Positions 1 through 9,015 are shown, counted from the first letter of the stretch. The stretch is DNA of 48,933 nucleotides from Akkermansiaceae bacterium (GCA_051251915.1 JBPOGF010000025.1:1-48933), one strand, 5' to 3'. Notes: generated from the letters alone by a model not told the origin. Made by a program: numbers and translations.

Positions 1-77
1 CCTCATTTATGAGGCAACGGGAGCTATTCTCGGCAAGACTAAGTTTTTTTCGGTGTCCGCTTCAATGAGGCAACACG
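1..77. repeat. Palindrome-containing dispersed repeat at left contig end (REP/MITE-like)
   Basis: 2..77 is the exact reverse complement of 48858..48933; contains hairpin CCTCAT-TT-ATGAGG and two copies of ATGAGGCAAC. Confidence 0.9.
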
Positions 78-138
78 GACTAATTAGTCTTAGAGACTTT
101 CGCTTGTGTACTTTTCTGGCGATGCTAGAACTATAGGG

Positions 139-1092
139 ATGAAGGTGCTGGTAACTACTCCCTATGTGAGAGATTCATTGCAGGGCAATACTGTCACGGC
201 AATGAGGGTGGTATCTATTCTGGTAGATGCTGGTGTGGATGCGGAGGTGCTGAGTAGTGGGGAGGAAGTGGGGGTAGCAGATGTCATGATCGCTCTTCAC
301 GCTCGGAAGAGTGCGCATTTTACAGAAGATTTTATAGAACTGAATCCGACGGGCAAAGTCATTGTTTATCTGACGGGGACTGATCTTTATAGTGATATAC
401 CTGATGGCTGTCCGATTTGTGAGCAGAGCTTGGAGAGGGCTGATGCGTTGGTGGTTTCTCAGGAAGCGTCGCTAGCTTCGGTGCCTGAAAAATATCGAGC
501 GAAAACGGTGGTGGTTCATGCGAGTATTCAGCTTCCGGTTGAGGTGGTTGATGATAGTGTGACTGAGCCTGATCTTTTTCTATGTGTGGGGCATTTGCGT
601 GCGGTGAAGCAGTCGTTCATGGCGGTGAAGTCGCTTCAGTTGTTAGATGAGTCTGTTAGGTTGGTGCTTTTAGGAAAAGAGGTTGATGTAGATAGTGGTG
701 AGATTGCTAGGAAGTGGGAGGTGGAGGATAGTCGGTTTCAGTGGTTGGGTGGGGTGAGTTATAAAGAGTCGCTGAAGTGGATGCAGCGGTCGGTGGTTAC
801 GATTAATACTAGTTTGATGGAGGGAGGGGCGAACTCGGTGGGGGAGTCGATTGTGCTGGGGGTTCCTGTTTTGGCGAGTAAAGTGGAAGGGAATGTGGGT
901 ATGCTGGGTGAGGACTATGTTGGGTATTTTTCAGCAAATAGTGAGCAGGAACTTGCGGAACTGATGTATAGGGTGTTAAATGACCAATGCTTCTTATCTA
1001 AACTGCGAGATCAGGTGGGGGTGAGGAGTAAGAGATTTTTAAGAGAGAGTGAAACGAAAGATTGGGTGAATTTAATCCAGAAAATAGTATGA
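139..1092 (+). CDS. senB: GT-B glycosyltransferase, SenB-like selenosugar synthase (TIGR04348-like)
   Basis: Motifs TP..S..GN.VTA.R, MIALHARKS, LTGTDLY.DI, GHLRAVK, MEGGAN..GE, GVPVLAS..EGNVGMLG.DY.GYF resemble SenB; ATG at 139 preferred to GTG at 106. Confidence 0.7.
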   Translation: MKVLVTTPYVRDSLQGNTVTAMRVVSILVDAGVDAEVLSSGEEVGVADVMIALHARKSAHFTEDFIELNPTGKVIVYLTGTDLYSDIPDGCPICEQSLERADALVVSQEASLASVPEKYRAKTVVVHASIQLPVEVVDDSVTEPDLFLCVGHLRAVKQSFMAVKSLQLLDESVRLVLLGKEVDVDSGEIARKWEVEDSRFQWLGGVSYKESLKWMQRSVVTINTSLMEGGANSVGESIVLGVPVLASKVEGNVGMLGEDYVGYFSANSEQELAELMYRVLNDQCFLSKLRDQVGVRSKRFLRESETKDWVNLIQKIV

Positions 1093-1415
1093 GAAATTTA
1101 GCATTAAACGTAGCGGCGATCCAAGGTTTCTTGGGCTTTATCGTATCATTGGTTTTGGGGGTGGTTCTGCTTGCGCAAGGGGAGTTTATTAAGTCAATGT
1201 CGCTCTTTCTTGTAGGAGCTCCCGTTTGCTTGGGGCTAGCTGTAGTGTTTGACTATGTGGGGGATCGTATGCGGCGAGATGTCCTAGAGGGAAGGGTGAG
1301 GGGGAAGCAAGATGTGGTAGATACGCCGTGGGAGGATGATCCGGAGCATGGCGAGCGGGAGCAAGGTGCACGAAAGCGTGTTTATCTAAGGCATAGTGAT
1401 TTAGGGCGCGGTTGA
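1089..1415 (+). CDS. Small membrane protein, two TM helices and charged tail
   Basis: ATGA overlap with the upstream stop (1089-1092); two hydrophobic segments. Confidence 0.65.
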   Translation: MRNLALNVAAIQGFLGFIVSLVLGVVLLAQGEFIKSMSLFLVGAPVCLGLAVVFDYVGDRMRRDVLEGRVRGKQDVVDTPWEDDPEHGEREQGARKRVYLRHSDLGRG

Positions 1416-1457
1416 GGACCTTTCTAAGATAATGCACCGTTGGTGCGTTCTTAATTT

Positions 1458-2396
1458 ATGAAGTTTACTAAATCGAATACTCTTATTCTGATGTTGTCAT
1501 TGAGTGTGGTGGCGATGGGAGGGCTGATATATAAACAGCAGACCGCGAGGGATAGGAAAATAGCGATTGGGGATTTGGCTGAATTAAGCGCTGGTGATAA
1601 GGTTGCGTTTACTGATATGGGGGATGGGGATTTTGAGGCGAAGACTGCGCCTGAGGGGGCTGATTGGCTAGCGCAGCATGCTGAGCCTGGGCAGTCGTTT
1701 ATGGGTTATATTAATAGTTTTCCGAACCTTCCTAATGATCGGAGAGATGTTATTTATATTTTGCCGGTGGGGGAGTTTCCTGAGGAATCTGCTCCAGATT
1801 TACAGATGTTGTTAGAGTATACTAAGGCTTATTACCATCCGATGAAGGTGGTCATGAAGCCTGCAGTGGCTGATGGGGGTGTGAAGGCGGAGAGCAGGAT
1901 GAACAGGGGGAAGAAGCAGTGGTTGGCGGGAGGTATTTTGCAATGGATGAAGCCTCAGTTGGATGAGGATGCGTATGCGATGATCTCTGTGACGATGACT
2001 GATCTTTACCCTGATCCTGAGTGGAATTTTGTATTTGGGATGGCTTCTTTGCAGCAGCGAGTGGGGGTGTTTAGTTTTGCACGCTATAGAGATCAAGATG
2101 AGTCGACGGTGTTGAGGAGGGCTGCGAAAGTTCTGACTCATGAGACCGGTCATATGTTTGGGATCAAGCATTGTGTTTATTACCAATGTAATATGAATGG
2201 TGCGAATCATCTGAGAGAGATGGATTCTACTCCGATGCATCTGTGTCCAGTGTGTCTGAGGAAAATGCAGTATGCTGTGAAATTTGATACGATTGAACGT
2301 TATCAAAAGCTGCATGATTTTTATGTGAAATACGAACTCGGTAAGGAAGCTAGGTGGGTGAAGCGTAGGATGGGTAAGATCAATGCGGCGAAGTGA
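1458..2396 (+). CDS. Archaemetzincin-family (M54) Zn metalloprotease with N-terminal anchor/signal
   Basis: HETGHMFGIKHC...C.M...LCPVC motif; WNFVFG.A. Confidence 0.88.
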   Translation: MKFTKSNTLILMLSLSVVAMGGLIYKQQTARDRKIAIGDLAELSAGDKVAFTDMGDGDFEAKTAPEGADWLAQHAEPGQSFMGYINSFPNLPNDRRDVIYILPVGEFPEESAPDLQMLLEYTKAYYHPMKVVMKPAVADGGVKAESRMNRGKKQWLAGGILQWMKPQLDEDAYAMISVTMTDLYPDPEWNFVFGMASLQQRVGVFSFARYRDQDESTVLRRAAKVLTHETGHMFGIKHCVYYQCNMNGANHLREMDSTPMHLCPVCLRKMQYAVKFDTIERYQKLHDFYVKYELGKEARWVKRRMGKINAAK

Positions 2397-2456
2397 TGAT
2401 GTACGGTTTTATGGTTTTGCGTTGATGGGCGGATGGGATTGTTGTAGGTTAGTGCT

Positions 2457-2939
2457 ATGAAATTGTTATCTTGTCTCAGTTTGTTGTCGTTTTTGTTCGT
2501 TGGTATTCTCTTTGCGCAAGATGTGGTGGAGAAGCGACCGATGTTGTATCCATTTGATGTAACGATAGGTGGGCAGAAGGCGGTGATGCAGGATGGTAAT
2601 ATTTTGTTTGCTGTGGTGGAGAATCCAGTGAAGCCTGATGCTGTATTGGAGATAGAAAAGGTGGCGCCGATGTTGATTGTGAATGCATTTGCGGTGAAGG
2701 AAAATGGAGCGGTGATGGAGCCGGGTGAGCAGCCTGCAGTTTATTTTGTAAAGGAGATGAATTCTGTGAAGCTGAGTGAGACGATGGATAAAAAGCCATT
2801 GGCACCAGGGCGATATTTAGTGAATGTGGTGGCGCATGGTACGACTTCACGGGTGGTGTTTCTAGTGGAGGGGAAGGGAGCTAAAAAGGATATTAAAGTG
2901 CCTAGTGTGAAGCAAGTTTTTGATTTCTTGACTAAGTGA
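2457..2939 (+). CDS. Secreted hypothetical protein
   Basis: Sec signal MKLLSCLSLLSFLFVGILFA; co-directional with neighbours. Confidence 0.7.
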   Translation: MKLLSCLSLLSFLFVGILFAQDVVEKRPMLYPFDVTIGGQKAVMQDGNILFAVVENPVKPDAVLEIEKVAPMLIVNAFAVKENGAVMEPGEQPAVYFVKEMNSVKLSETMDKKPLAPGRYLVNVVAHGTTSRVVFLVEGKGAKKDIKVPSVKQVFDFLTK

Positions 2940-3031
2940 TTGGAAATCGAGGTAAGAGAGGGTGCGAAAAGGCTGTATTTTTTTGTTAAAAGTTTTTGCT
3001 ATGATGAAAAAATAGTGTAAATGTAAATTAC

Positions 3032-3472
3032 ATGACAATTAGAAAAGTAAGATTATTTTTGGGAGCAATCGCTCTAGGTTTCATTGGGACTGCATCGGCA
3101 ATCGCTGATGATCATGAAGATCATGAGCATACGCCGATGGAGAAGGAAATGAAGACAGTGAGCGATAGTCTCAAGTCACTCCGTAAGATTGACAAAGGCG
3201 ACTATGTTGCAGGTGCTGAAGCAGTGCGTAAAGCGGCAGAGGCGATGCTACGTTCAATGGCTTATAGCCCAAGCTTGGTGAAAGATATGGCAGATGGTGA
3301 TGAGAAGACCATCGCTCTTGCTGATTCCCGCAGATTGATGGGACTCACTTATGCTGTTCTCTGTGAAATGGAGATCGCTTATATCAAGAAAGATGACGCA
3401 CTAATCGCTGATTTAGCATCTAAGTGGAAAGACCTTAAGAAGGAAGGTCATAAGAAATACACTGACGATTAA
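3032..3472 (+). CDS. Periplasmic cytochrome b562-like four-helix protein
   Basis: Signal peptide; N-terminal Met (MEKEM) and C-terminal GHKKY heme-ligand pattern. Confidence 0.7.
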   Translation: MTIRKVRLFLGAIALGFIGTASAIADDHEDHEHTPMEKEMKTVSDSLKSLRKIDKGDYVAGAEAVRKAAEAMLRSMAYSPSLVKDMADGDEKTIALADSRRLMGLTYAVLCEMEIAYIKKDDALIADLASKWKDLKKEGHKKYTDD

Positions 3473-3494
3473 TTAGAGCTAAACTATTATTTCA

Positions 3495-3533
3495 GGGCAG
3501 GCTGCGTCGTGGTGATGCAGTCTGCTTTTTTTT
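3495..3533 (+). terminator. Rho-independent terminator
   Basis: GCAGGCTGCGTC/GATGCAGTCTGC stem followed by T8. Confidence 0.85.
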
Positions 3534-3551
3534 GTGGGTGGTGGGTGTGAT

Positions 3552-3800
3552 ACCACTGCGTGAAAAAATAAGACAAATGGTTTCTGTGAGGTATTTCAAG
3601 TAGTGCTTTATCGTTAGAGAGGGGGGCGGGAGCTTTTTCTTTCTCATTGGGCTGTTTCTCAGTCATGATGTATGTTTCACTTTGCTCTCACCGCCGCAGG
3701 TTCCTTGCCGTCTGACTATGTCGCTCTGCACTATTGTCGTGATGCGTTGAGAGAAAGAAAAATCACTTAGTGATTTGTTCTATTTGTTTCACTGCTTGGA
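3552..3800. repeat. MITE-like dispersed repeat, family A copy 1
   Basis: Collinear similarity to 27222-27484; imperfect terminal IR GAAAAAATAAGACAAATG. Confidence 0.75.
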
Positions 3801-3801
3801 A

Positions 3802-4305
3802 TTAGATTTTTTTACGGTCAAGCAATGATGCTTTTAGCGGGTCTGAGGCGGAGAGGTGTGCGATGCCGATGGCGAGCGCGTCTGCGGCGTCATGAGGTGG
3901 GGTTTCTGAGAGGCCGAGTAGGGCGCGGATCATGAAGGCTACTTGTGCCTTGTCTGCGTTGCCGTTGCCTACGACGGCTTTTTTGACTTTTTTAGGGGCG
4001 TATTCGTAGATTGATAGGCCTTGCTCGGCGGCTGCGATCATGGAGGCGGCGCGGGCGGCTCCCATTGAGATGGCGGTTCTAACGGATTGAACGAAGATGA
4101 TAGCTTCTACAGCGACTTCGTCAGGCTCGTATTGAGTGATGAGGTTAGTGAGGCCGGTTTTGACGGCAGCTAGTGCGCCGGACTGGGGGATTTTAGCGGG
4201 GATAGAGATGACGCCATAGTCGATCACTATTTGTTTGTGCTGGTCTCCCTCCAGCACTGCATAGCCGGTGTTCCTGACTGCGGGATCAATGGCTAAAATT
4301 CTCAT
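3802..4305 (-). CDS. ruvC: Holliday junction resolvase RuvC
   Basis: MRILAIDP..TGY, VAVE, YAPKKVKKAVVGNGNADKAQV, DAADALAI. Confidence 0.95.
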   Translation of the reverse strand: MRILAIDPAVRNTGYAVLEGDQHKQIVIDYGVISIPAKIPQSGALAAVKTGLTNLITQYEPDEVAVEAIIFVQSVRTAISMGAARAASMIAAAEQGLSIYEYAPKKVKKAVVGNGNADKAQVAFMIRALLGLSETPPHDAADALAIGIAHLSASDPLKASLLDRKKI

Positions 4306-4310
4306 GAGTG

Positions 4311-4448
4311 GGTGATCGGTTAGCGGTGATCAGTGATCGGTGGGCGGGGTTGATGAAACGGCTTGGGTTGTGGTGCTTGGGTTGTTGCTTTTTCACCACG
4401 GATCTACACGTAATTTCACGAATGGGGATTCTTTGTTGGCTTGGGTTG
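4311..4448. repeat. Intergenic short-repeat patch (heptamers, GCTTGGGTTG x3, CACG-x-AT motifs)
   Basis: GGTGATC-GGTTAGC-GGTGATC-AGTGATC at 4311-4338; GCTTGGGTTG at 4361, 4375, 4439. Confidence 0.65.
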
Positions 4449-4475
4449 ATGTGAGATTGGAAATCTGGGGCACGT

Positions 4476-5732
4476 TTACCTGCGGCGACGTTTAGGTGCT
4501 GGGCGCTTCTTCTTTTTGAATGATTTGCCAGGGCTTTCATCGAGAATAGCGGTGTATTTGTAGTCAAATCCTTCGAGTTTTTTGCGCTCGATTTTCTGTT
4601 TTACAAATACTTCTACTGAGAGGGCATAATCTAGTTCGTCTGCGGTGAGGATGGTGAATGCATCTCCTTCTGATTCTGCTCTGCCTGTTCTGCCGATACG
4701 GTGTACGTAGTCCTCAGCATTCTCTGGGACGCGGTAGTTGATAACGTGTGAAACGCTGGAAATATCGATTCCGCGAGCAGCCACATCAGTTGCGACGAGG
4801 ACGTTATAGGTGTTGTCTTTAAATCCAGCGAGTGCTTTCATTCTATCCTTCTGACTGATGTCTGAGTGCATAGCGATGACTCTTTCATCACTTTTTAGAT
4901 TAAGCATTGAGCAGATAGTGTCAGCTTCTTTTCTTGTGCGAGTGAAGATCATGAGTGACTCGTGATCTGTCTGCTGGATGAGAGCTAGGAGGAGGTCATC
5001 TCTTTGATCCATTGAGACTGGGTAGAATGCGTGCTTGATGGTGGATGCTACCTCTGCGCGTGCGATTTCGATGGAGGCTGGATTTGAGAGACAGAAGTCT
5101 GCGAAGCCGCGAATGGCTGGGGGCATGGTGGCGGAGAAGAAGAGGGTTTGGCGTTTGCTGCCGTTGTGGAATCTACGGACTGAGCCATCTTTCATTTCCT
5201 TTTCTTCTGCGGGCATATTCCATGGGCAGAGATTGACGATTTTTCTAACGATGGGGAGGAATCCCATGTCGAGCATGCGGTCTACTTCATCGAGAATGAG
5301 AATTTTAATTTCTCTGAATTTCATGGTGCCTCGGAAGAAGTGGTCGACTAGTCTGCCTGGTGTGGCGACAACGATATCTGCATTCTTTAGTTGGTCAAGC
5401 TGAGCGCCGTATCCTACGCCTCCGTAGAGGAGTGCGACGGTCATGCCGGTGTGCTTGCCATAGGCTTCAAATTGTTCTGCTACTTGGTGTGCGAGCTCGC
5501 GAGTTGGTTCTAGAACGAGGATTTGTGGTTTTCCTTGCTTGGTGATCTGACTGAGTGAGGGAAGAGCGAATGCCGCGGTTTTTCCGGTTCCGGTCTGAGA
5601 TGCTCCGACTAGGTCACGCCCCTCAAGAATAAGCGGTATTGCTTGCGCTTGGATAGGGGTAGGTTTTTCATAGCCAGCCTCAGTGACCGCCTTAAGTATA
5701 GGCTCAGAGAGTCCTAGTTCGTTGAATAGCAT
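4476..5732 (-). CDS. DEAD-box RNA helicase (RhlE-like)
   Basis: Q motif PTPIQ, SQTGTGKT, PTRELA, DEVD, SAT, ARGID, HRIGRTGR; basic tail. Confidence 0.95.
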   Translation of the reverse strand: MLFNELGLSEPILKAVTEAGYEKPTPIQAQAIPLILEGRDLVGASQTGTGKTAAFALPSLSQITKQGKPQILVLEPTRELAHQVAEQFEAYGKHTGMTVALLYGGVGYGAQLDQLKNADIVVATPGRLVDHFFRGTMKFREIKILILDEVDRMLDMGFLPIVRKIVNLCPWNMPAEEKEMKDGSVRRFHNGSKRQTLFFSATMPPAIRGFADFCLSNPASIEIARAEVASTIKHAFYPVSMDQRDDLLLALIQQTDHESLMIFTRTRKEADTICSMLNLKSDERVIAMHSDISQKDRMKALAGFKDNTYNVLVATDVAARGIDISSVSHVINYRVPENAEDYVHRIGRTGRAESEGDAFTILTADELDYALSVEVFVKQKIERKKLEGFDYKYTAILDESPGKSFKKKKRPAPKRRRR

Positions 5733-5918
5733 GTGCTGGTGGTAGTCGGGAAATGGGGAATTTAAAAGGAAAAACGGAATAAACCTAAAAATCTGTCAAG
5801 GTGAGGTTTATTGAATTTTTGTTTTATGAAAATGGACGTCTAAGCGGCTTGTTTGAACCTATTCAAAGATGGCATACTAACAAGTTGATTATGATGGTGT
5901 GAATGCTAGGTTTGGAGG

Positions 5919-7694
5919 ATGAATTTTAAACTCACGAAGAATTGCTTATTATCGTTAGTTAGCCTTAGTCTGACTTGTCCGAGCTCTGCTCAGAAAATGG
6001 ATGAAATGTGGGGGGAATCCGTTGTGAAGCTTCGGCCTGAGAATGCTAAGCGCGGGGAGCTTTTTAATGACGGGAACTACGCGATGTTCATCCACTGGGG
6101 GCTGTATTCGAATTTGGCTAACAAGGTGGAGGGGAAGACGTATTATGGAATAGGCGAGTGGATTATGAATCCGTTGATGGCAAATATTGCGCCTGAGAAA
6201 TACCGAGAACTGGCGAAGGAATTTGCCCCTGAGAAATTTGATGCTAAGGCTATTGCTCAGTTAGCGAAGGATGCGGGGATGAAATATGTGGTGATCACTA
6301 GTAAGCATCACGATGGATTTGCTATGTATCATTCAAAGTCGAATAAGTTTAATGTGGTCGATGCGACGCCTTATAAGTTAGATCCGATGAAGGAGTTGGC
6401 TAAGGCTTGTAAGGAGGTAGGTGTTGGATTTGGTTTCTACTATTCTCATAATCAGGACTGGACGTATCCAGGTGGTAACAATGGGCCGACGAAAGATGCA
6501 GAGGGGAATGAGAAGAACTTTGATGATTATTTTAAGGAGAAGTGTCTGCCACAGGTGAAGGAAATCACTAGTGAGTATGGGCCGATTGAGTTGGTGTGGT
6601 TTGATACTCCGGGGGATATGCCGAAGCACTATGTTGAGGATCTGATCAATGTGGTGCGTAAGAATCAGCCGGATGCTTTGGTGTCTGGGCGTGCGGGGCA
6701 TGGACTGGGTGATTATCAATCGCTTGGAGATATGCATGTGCCTAGTCACAACATTGAGGGGATGTGGGAGTCAGTGGATACGACGAATGATTCATGGGCG
6801 TATGCTTGGTATGATCAGAACTGGAAGACTCCGAAGCAGGTTCTTGATAGGTTAGTATCATGTGTAGCGAGAGGTGGAACTTATATGCTTAATATTGGGC
6901 CTCGTGGTGATGGCTCTGTGCCCCAGCGTGCGATTGATTCTTTGAGAGAGTCTGGTGAATGGATTCGCCGTTACCCACAGGTAGTTTATGGGACTGATGC
7001 TTCGCCATGGAAGCGTGCATTGCCTTGGGGTGATGTGACGGTGAAAAAGAATAAATTATTCCTTTCGGTTTTTAATTGGCCTGTGGATGGTGGACTTTAT
7101 TTGCCGGGACTTAAGACTAAGATTAAGTCTGTGAAGCTTTTAAATGGTGAGGATTCTGAGGTTATCAAGCATGAGAATGTGAATGGATGGACCCGTATGA
7201 GTATTCCTGTTAAAGGGCCTGAGAAGCTTGTTTCTGTAATTGAGGTGGAGCTTGAGGGTGAACCAGAAGTGGATTCTACTTATGGGATTGATCCTACGGT
7301 GGCTACTGAGATTTTGGCTGAGTTTGCTGAGGTGAAGGGAGCTAAGCAGACTTCTAAGCGCTGGATGGAGAAGTTTGGTGAATGGAAGCATGTTTACCAT
7401 GTATCAAATTGGGAAGAGGGAGGTGCGGCTACTATTGAGGTGGATGTGCTGGTTCCTGGTGACTATCAGGTAGATATGACGTACACGGGTGAAGGTAGGC
7501 TGGTGTGGGGTGTGAAAGTAGAGGGTGGAGAGGCTATTCAGAATGAGCAGAATTCTTCGCATAATTATCAGTCGTTCCCGATTGGGTGGCTTAATTTCCC
7601 TAAGGCTGGACGTTATAAGGTGAGTGCTTCTTGTTTGGAGGGTAAGATTGATACTGCTGCGTTGAAGTCGATTCGGTTTGATCGTGTGCGTTAA
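5919..7694 (+). CDS. Alpha-L-fucosidase (GH29) with C-terminal beta-sandwich domains
   Basis: MFIHWGLY, TSKHHDGF, GFYYS, VWFD, LNIGP; signal peptide. Confidence 0.92.
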   Translation: MNFKLTKNCLLSLVSLSLTCPSSAQKMDEMWGESVVKLRPENAKRGELFNDGNYAMFIHWGLYSNLANKVEGKTYYGIGEWIMNPLMANIAPEKYRELAKEFAPEKFDAKAIAQLAKDAGMKYVVITSKHHDGFAMYHSKSNKFNVVDATPYKLDPMKELAKACKEVGVGFGFYYSHNQDWTYPGGNNGPTKDAEGNEKNFDDYFKEKCLPQVKEITSEYGPIELVWFDTPGDMPKHYVEDLINVVRKNQPDALVSGRAGHGLGDYQSLGDMHVPSHNIEGMWESVDTTNDSWAYAWYDQNWKTPKQVLDRLVSCVARGGTYMLNIGPRGDGSVPQRAIDSLRESGEWIRRYPQVVYGTDASPWKRALPWGDVTVKKNKLFLSVFNWPVDGGLYLPGLKTKIKSVKLLNGEDSEVIKHENVNGWTRMSIPVKGPEKLVSVIEVELEGEPEVDSTYGIDPTVATEILAEFAEVKGAKQTSKRWMEKFGEWKHVYHVSNWEEGGAATIEVDVLVPGDYQVDMTYTGEGRLVWGVKVEGGEAIQNEQNSSHNYQSFPIGWLNFPKAGRYKVSASCLEGKIDTAALKSIRFDRVR

Positions 7695-7823
7695 GTTGAG
7701 GGGGAGGCGCTAGATTAATGGTAGGTCGATGGAATTTTTTGATTGGCCTTCTTGCGATATCTTTAAACTGCTGTATACCTACTTTGACAATCGTCTATTT
7801 TTTATCTTACGACCTATACATTT

Positions 7824-8969
7824 ATGAAACCACTACTTTTCTCTACATTACTGACCTGTTGTTCTTTATTTGCCGTTACTCCGCAGCTTTATGCTAAGGA
7901 GGCTGGTGTTAAGGATTCTGAGGTGAAATCTGATTCTCGAGTGATTGCGGAGGATTTGGGGTCGCTTGATAATGCGGTTGTTGCGCTTAAGCTGGCTGAT
8001 GCTAAGCAAGAGATTGTTTATTTTACTTCAGCGGTTTCTAAGGAGGAGCAGGATACATTGAAGCTCATGGCTCCTAACCTGAAGCTGGTCACTGGGCTTT
8101 CACAGAAGGAGGCGTTGGCTAGAGCTGCTGAAGCTCATGGGATAGATGCGGGGTATGCTACTCCTGAATTTCTTGAAAAGGCTACTAATTTGGTATGGGT
8201 GCAGGTGATGAGTGCGGGGGTGGATCGGTATATTAAGATTGATCCTTTGATGAATAATGACTCGGTTGTTTTGACAAATTATCGTGGTGTTCATGGCCCT
8301 GCTATTGCGGATCATGCGATGGGTATGTTGTTGTCTCTGACGCGTAATCTTCGTTACTATAGTGAAAAACAGAGTGATGGAGTATGGAGCCGGGGTAAGA
8401 TGTCGACTAAGGCGGTTGCTCTGGATGGGAAGACGATGCTTGTTGTGGGGATTGGTGGTATAGGGACTGAGATCGCTAAACGTGCGGATGCATTTGGGAT
8501 GCGCGTTATAGGGACTCGTCGTAGTGATAAGCCGTCACCAGATTTCATCAAGAAAGTGGGTAAACCTGCTGATCTTATGAAGATGTTGCCGGAGGCTGAT
8601 GTGGTTGTTCTTGCTGTTCCTCTTACTCCAGAGACTCAGGATATGATCAATGAGGCTGCATTTAGGGTGATGAAGGACGGAAGTTATTTAGTTAATATAG
8701 CGCGTGGGAAAGTGGTGAATACTGAAGCCATGCTAGCTGCGCTTAAGTCTGGTAAATTGGCTGGTGCTTGTCTTGATGTCACCGACCCAGAGCCTCTTAC
8801 TAAGGGTCACCCGCTGTGGGATATGTCTAATGTGATTATCACGCCGCATGTGGCTTCACGTTCGGCTGTTACTGATGAGCGACGTGCTGCTTTGTTGCGC
8901 GAGAATTTGAGACGCTTTGCTAGTGGTGAGCCATTGCTCAATGTGGTGGATAAGAAGCTCGGGTATTAG
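7824..8969 (+). CDS. D-2-hydroxyacid dehydrogenase family protein with signal-like N-terminus
   Basis: GIGGIG, PLTPET, NIARG, DVTDPEPL, TPHVA. Confidence 0.9.
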   Translation: MKPLLFSTLLTCCSLFAVTPQLYAKEAGVKDSEVKSDSRVIAEDLGSLDNAVVALKLADAKQEIVYFTSAVSKEEQDTLKLMAPNLKLVTGLSQKEALARAAEAHGIDAGYATPEFLEKATNLVWVQVMSAGVDRYIKIDPLMNNDSVVLTNYRGVHGPAIADHAMGMLLSLTRNLRYYSEKQSDGVWSRGKMSTKAVALDGKTMLVVGIGGIGTEIAKRADAFGMRVIGTRRSDKPSPDFIKKVGKPADLMKMLPEADVVVLAVPLTPETQDMINEAAFRVMKDGSYLVNIARGKVVNTEAMLAALKSGKLAGACLDVTDPEPLTKGHPLWDMSNVIITPHVASRSAVTDERRAALLRENLRRFASGEPLLNVVDKKLGY

Positions 8970-9015
8970 AAAAATACTCTGACATCACACGGATATTAGA
9001 GGGTTGAGTCGTTAT

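Noticed and set aside
1..77. CRISPR repeat-spacer unit (ATGAGGCAAC twice)
   Set aside because: Repeat only about 10 bp, the intervening sequence is identical at both contig ends, and there are no cas genes
4286..4567. 93-aa minus-strand ORF bridging the helicase and ruvC
   Set aside because: Overlaps both genes and runs through low-complexity repeats
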